DNA of 64,000 nucleotides from assembly GCA_951406725.2 (NCBI GenBank), contig OX597814.1:110794001-110858000 (forward strand), in the 5' to 3' direction. This DNA comes from Octopus vulgaris. Lineage: Eukaryota. Position numbers and translations under genes: made by a program. Every line of letters begins with the position of its first letter. Position 1 is the stretch's first letter. This document shows, piece after piece, positions 61,404 through 64,000 of this stretch. The notes under the pieces were generated by a model. That model saw only the letters and a program-made list of their open reading frames with translations, did not search any database and had not been told where the DNA came from.

Positions 61404-62469
61404 GGTGTGTCTTGCTTTTTCACAAAATGGGTGTATGTGTGTGCAAGTAATCGGTGCAGAGAAGGAAAAAGGAATGAAAATGGTGGTGATGAGGTGTCAG
61501 GGTGGGTTCTGTGGGCAGAATAACAGGAAGGGTGGTTAAGTAGAGTTTGCAAGCGAGGGATGGTTAGAGATGGGGTAGGGGTGCAAATATATGGAATGAT
61601 GAACAAGGGTTGAGGTAGGAGGTTGGTTGGATAAATAGGAGTTGGATGAAATGTAGCAAGGAAGTAGATGAGAGATTAAAGAAAAAAATAAGAGAAAAAA
61701 ATCTTTCCATGAATGAAAACGATAAAAGTAGGATGTTCTGTTGGTTGTCTTAAAACCTTGGTATTACATCCTCCCCCTCTGCCAAAGAATTACTAATCTC
61801 TAGATTAGTAGATTCCTTCAATGAAATTATTAAGTAGGTGTAATTGATTGTTCAGTGCCACTTTAACTTAACCTTGAATATTGAAGGTCACACAAATGAA
61901 TGTGTGTGTGTTGGGTGGGGAGGGCATTTCATTTCATCTGATCCTGTTGGCAGTGTGTGGAATTGGTGTATAGGATGTGCGAGGAACTGTTCCATTTCTT
62001 CTCCCTAGATCTAAACTAGTATTGGCAGAGAAAAATACACCACTACCTGCATTGCACTTCTCTATCAATTTCATCATATTATTAATTCAATTAAATTAAT
62101 TAGAGATCTTTCCAGTTCTGTATTATATTGAACTAAAAGGAGGGAACAAGATGGGGCGATTGCTTTGGTATCTTTTTTTTTTCCCTTAACTTTTGTATTT
62201 ATAACAACTACTGCTATTTAATCAATAATGTGCATGCATTCCCCCATTCTCTCTCTTTTTAATGTTCTCTCTCTTTCTCTCTTCCCCCTCTCTCTTTCTC
62301 TCTTCCCATCTCTCTCTTCCCCCCTCACTTTCTCCCTCTCTCATGTTTTGCTAATTTCGTATTTCACTGCTCACTAAATCCTATCTATATGTTGCATGTG
62401 TAATACTTACACACACACACACACACACATCTATGATCTTGTAAGTGTGAATATTTCTGATGCAGAGCA

Positions 62470-62542
<73 letters not shown>

Positions 62543-62785
62543 GATATGAAAACATAAATGATAAATGAAGGGGCCATAAGATTTCTTTATTCATTTACTT
62601 ATTTATTCATTATATATTTTAGCCATGTATATAATAGCCATAGAATTCTACAACTTATACTTTGGCAAATCAAAGTTCCTTTTAGGAAAGTTCAGATTTC
62701 TCTAATTTCTTTGACTATGCCATTGCCTTATTTTGAGATCTGAGAAGTCATTTGACTCACAAGGTTGCTCAAGATGCCAATCTAA

Positions 62786-62822
<37 letters not shown>

Positions 62823-63428
62823 CATACCCACACACAGTATAATATTTGTGTAAAATACGACTGAAAAAAAAAAGACTGTCCTTCTCACCTTTTTTTCTTC
62901 TTCTTTATACTGCTTATGATAAGAATTATTCATTTCTGTTTCATCTGTTTTCTTAATTTGTACTTTCTGAAATGCAATATTGATCTTATATTATTGATCA
63001 CGTGAACCAAAGTGGATTGGAACTGATGGCCATATTAATCTTGCTAGAGTGTATGCCTTTTGCTATGAGATTTTTTAAAAATATTTCTTTTCACTACATT
63101 CCCCACCCTCTCCTTTTACATACCCCCAAAACTCTTCACCTACCCCGGAACCTTTCCTTTTCCTCTCTATACATTTGTGTGGAAGCTATTTAGAAATGAA
63201 CAAATTTTGAGAATCATGTTCTTCTATGAAGAAAAGGACTGGATTTCCTTTCTTCTGTTTTTTTCTGTTTTTCCTTTTTTTGTTGCCAAAATTGTTTTGA
63301 ACAGCTACACTGTAGCAGGTGTGTTGGCCATTTAAACACCTACACACTTGTTACCTTGTTCAATTAAACACACACATGCACTCACACAGGCATTTTTTTT
63401 TTTTTTTTTTTGATAATTGTTTTTAGGC

Positions 63429-63595
63429 CAGTGGTTCTCAACCATTCTTTACTCATGGACCCCTTAGGTTTGTCTTTTACTCAAATGGACCCTCATAACC
63501 ATTCCATACTTTAAAAAATCCTATAGTAATTTTGTAATTAAATATCATTAGGAATTATTAGGAATTGTATTAAAAAAAATTAAAATATTTTTATA
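63429..63595. mobile_element. hAT MITE left part, interrupted by a SINE
   Basis: CAGTGGTTCTCAACC start, colinear with 34926-35173. Confidence 0.7.
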
Positions 63596-63983
63596 GGCGC
63601 AGGAGTGGCTGTGTGGTAAGAACCTTGCTTCCCAACCACATGGTTCTGGGTTCAGTCCCACTTTGGGCAAGTGTCTTCTACTATAGCCTCAGGCTGACCA
63701 AAGCCTTATGAGTGGATTTGGTAGATGGAAACTGAAAGAAGCTCGTTGTATATATATATGTATGTATTTGTTATTTGTGTCAGTGTGTGTCACCCCCGCC
63801 ATCGCTTGACAACTGATGTTGGTGTGTTTACGTCCCTATCACTTAGCAGTTTGGCAAAAAGAGACTGATAGAATAAATACTAGGTTTACAAAAGAATAAG
63901 TCCTGGGGTCAATTTGTTCGCGTAAAGGTGGTGCTCCAATCTGACCACAGTCAAATGACTGAAACCAGCAAAAGAATAAAAGA
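63596..63983 (+). mobile_element. Family A SINE, full length
   Basis: GGCGCAGGAGTGGCTGTGTGGTAAG head to GACTGAAACCAGCAAAAGAATAAAAG tail. Confidence 0.9.
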
Positions 63984-64000
63984 AAATTATAGATACAGAA

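Overview
AT-rich, repeat-saturated eukaryotic genomic DNA. The repeat families (tRNA-derived SINEs resembling octopus OR1/OR2-type SINEs, RTE LINE 3' ends, piggyBac- and hAT-type MITEs, Helitrons, many microsatellites) point to a cephalopod, most likely Octopus (inference). No complete protein-coding gene is visible, and the ORF track is almost entirely repeat-derived noise. The window reads like long introns and 5' region of a large + strand gene: a CpG-retaining promoter-like island at ~20.1-22.1 kb ends in a GTAAGC donor, there are a few isolated exon candidates, and a clean AG|GTAAGA recursive-splice-like site lies at 29314/29315. The most notable signal is six type I hammerhead-ribozyme (HHR) motifs in three unrelated repeat architectures: (1) a ~330-nt tandem retrozyme-like dimer at 4.86-5.44 kb; (2) a tRNA-headed (Pol III) element with an inverted Penelope-like duplicated end at 22.5-22.9 kb; (3) the centre of a piggyBac-like fold-back element at 43.1 kb, with a second copy at 60.0 kb. 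Every HHR copy here carries at least one lesion or non-canonical feature, so activity is unproven. All alignments and structures were read by eye and boundaries are approximate.
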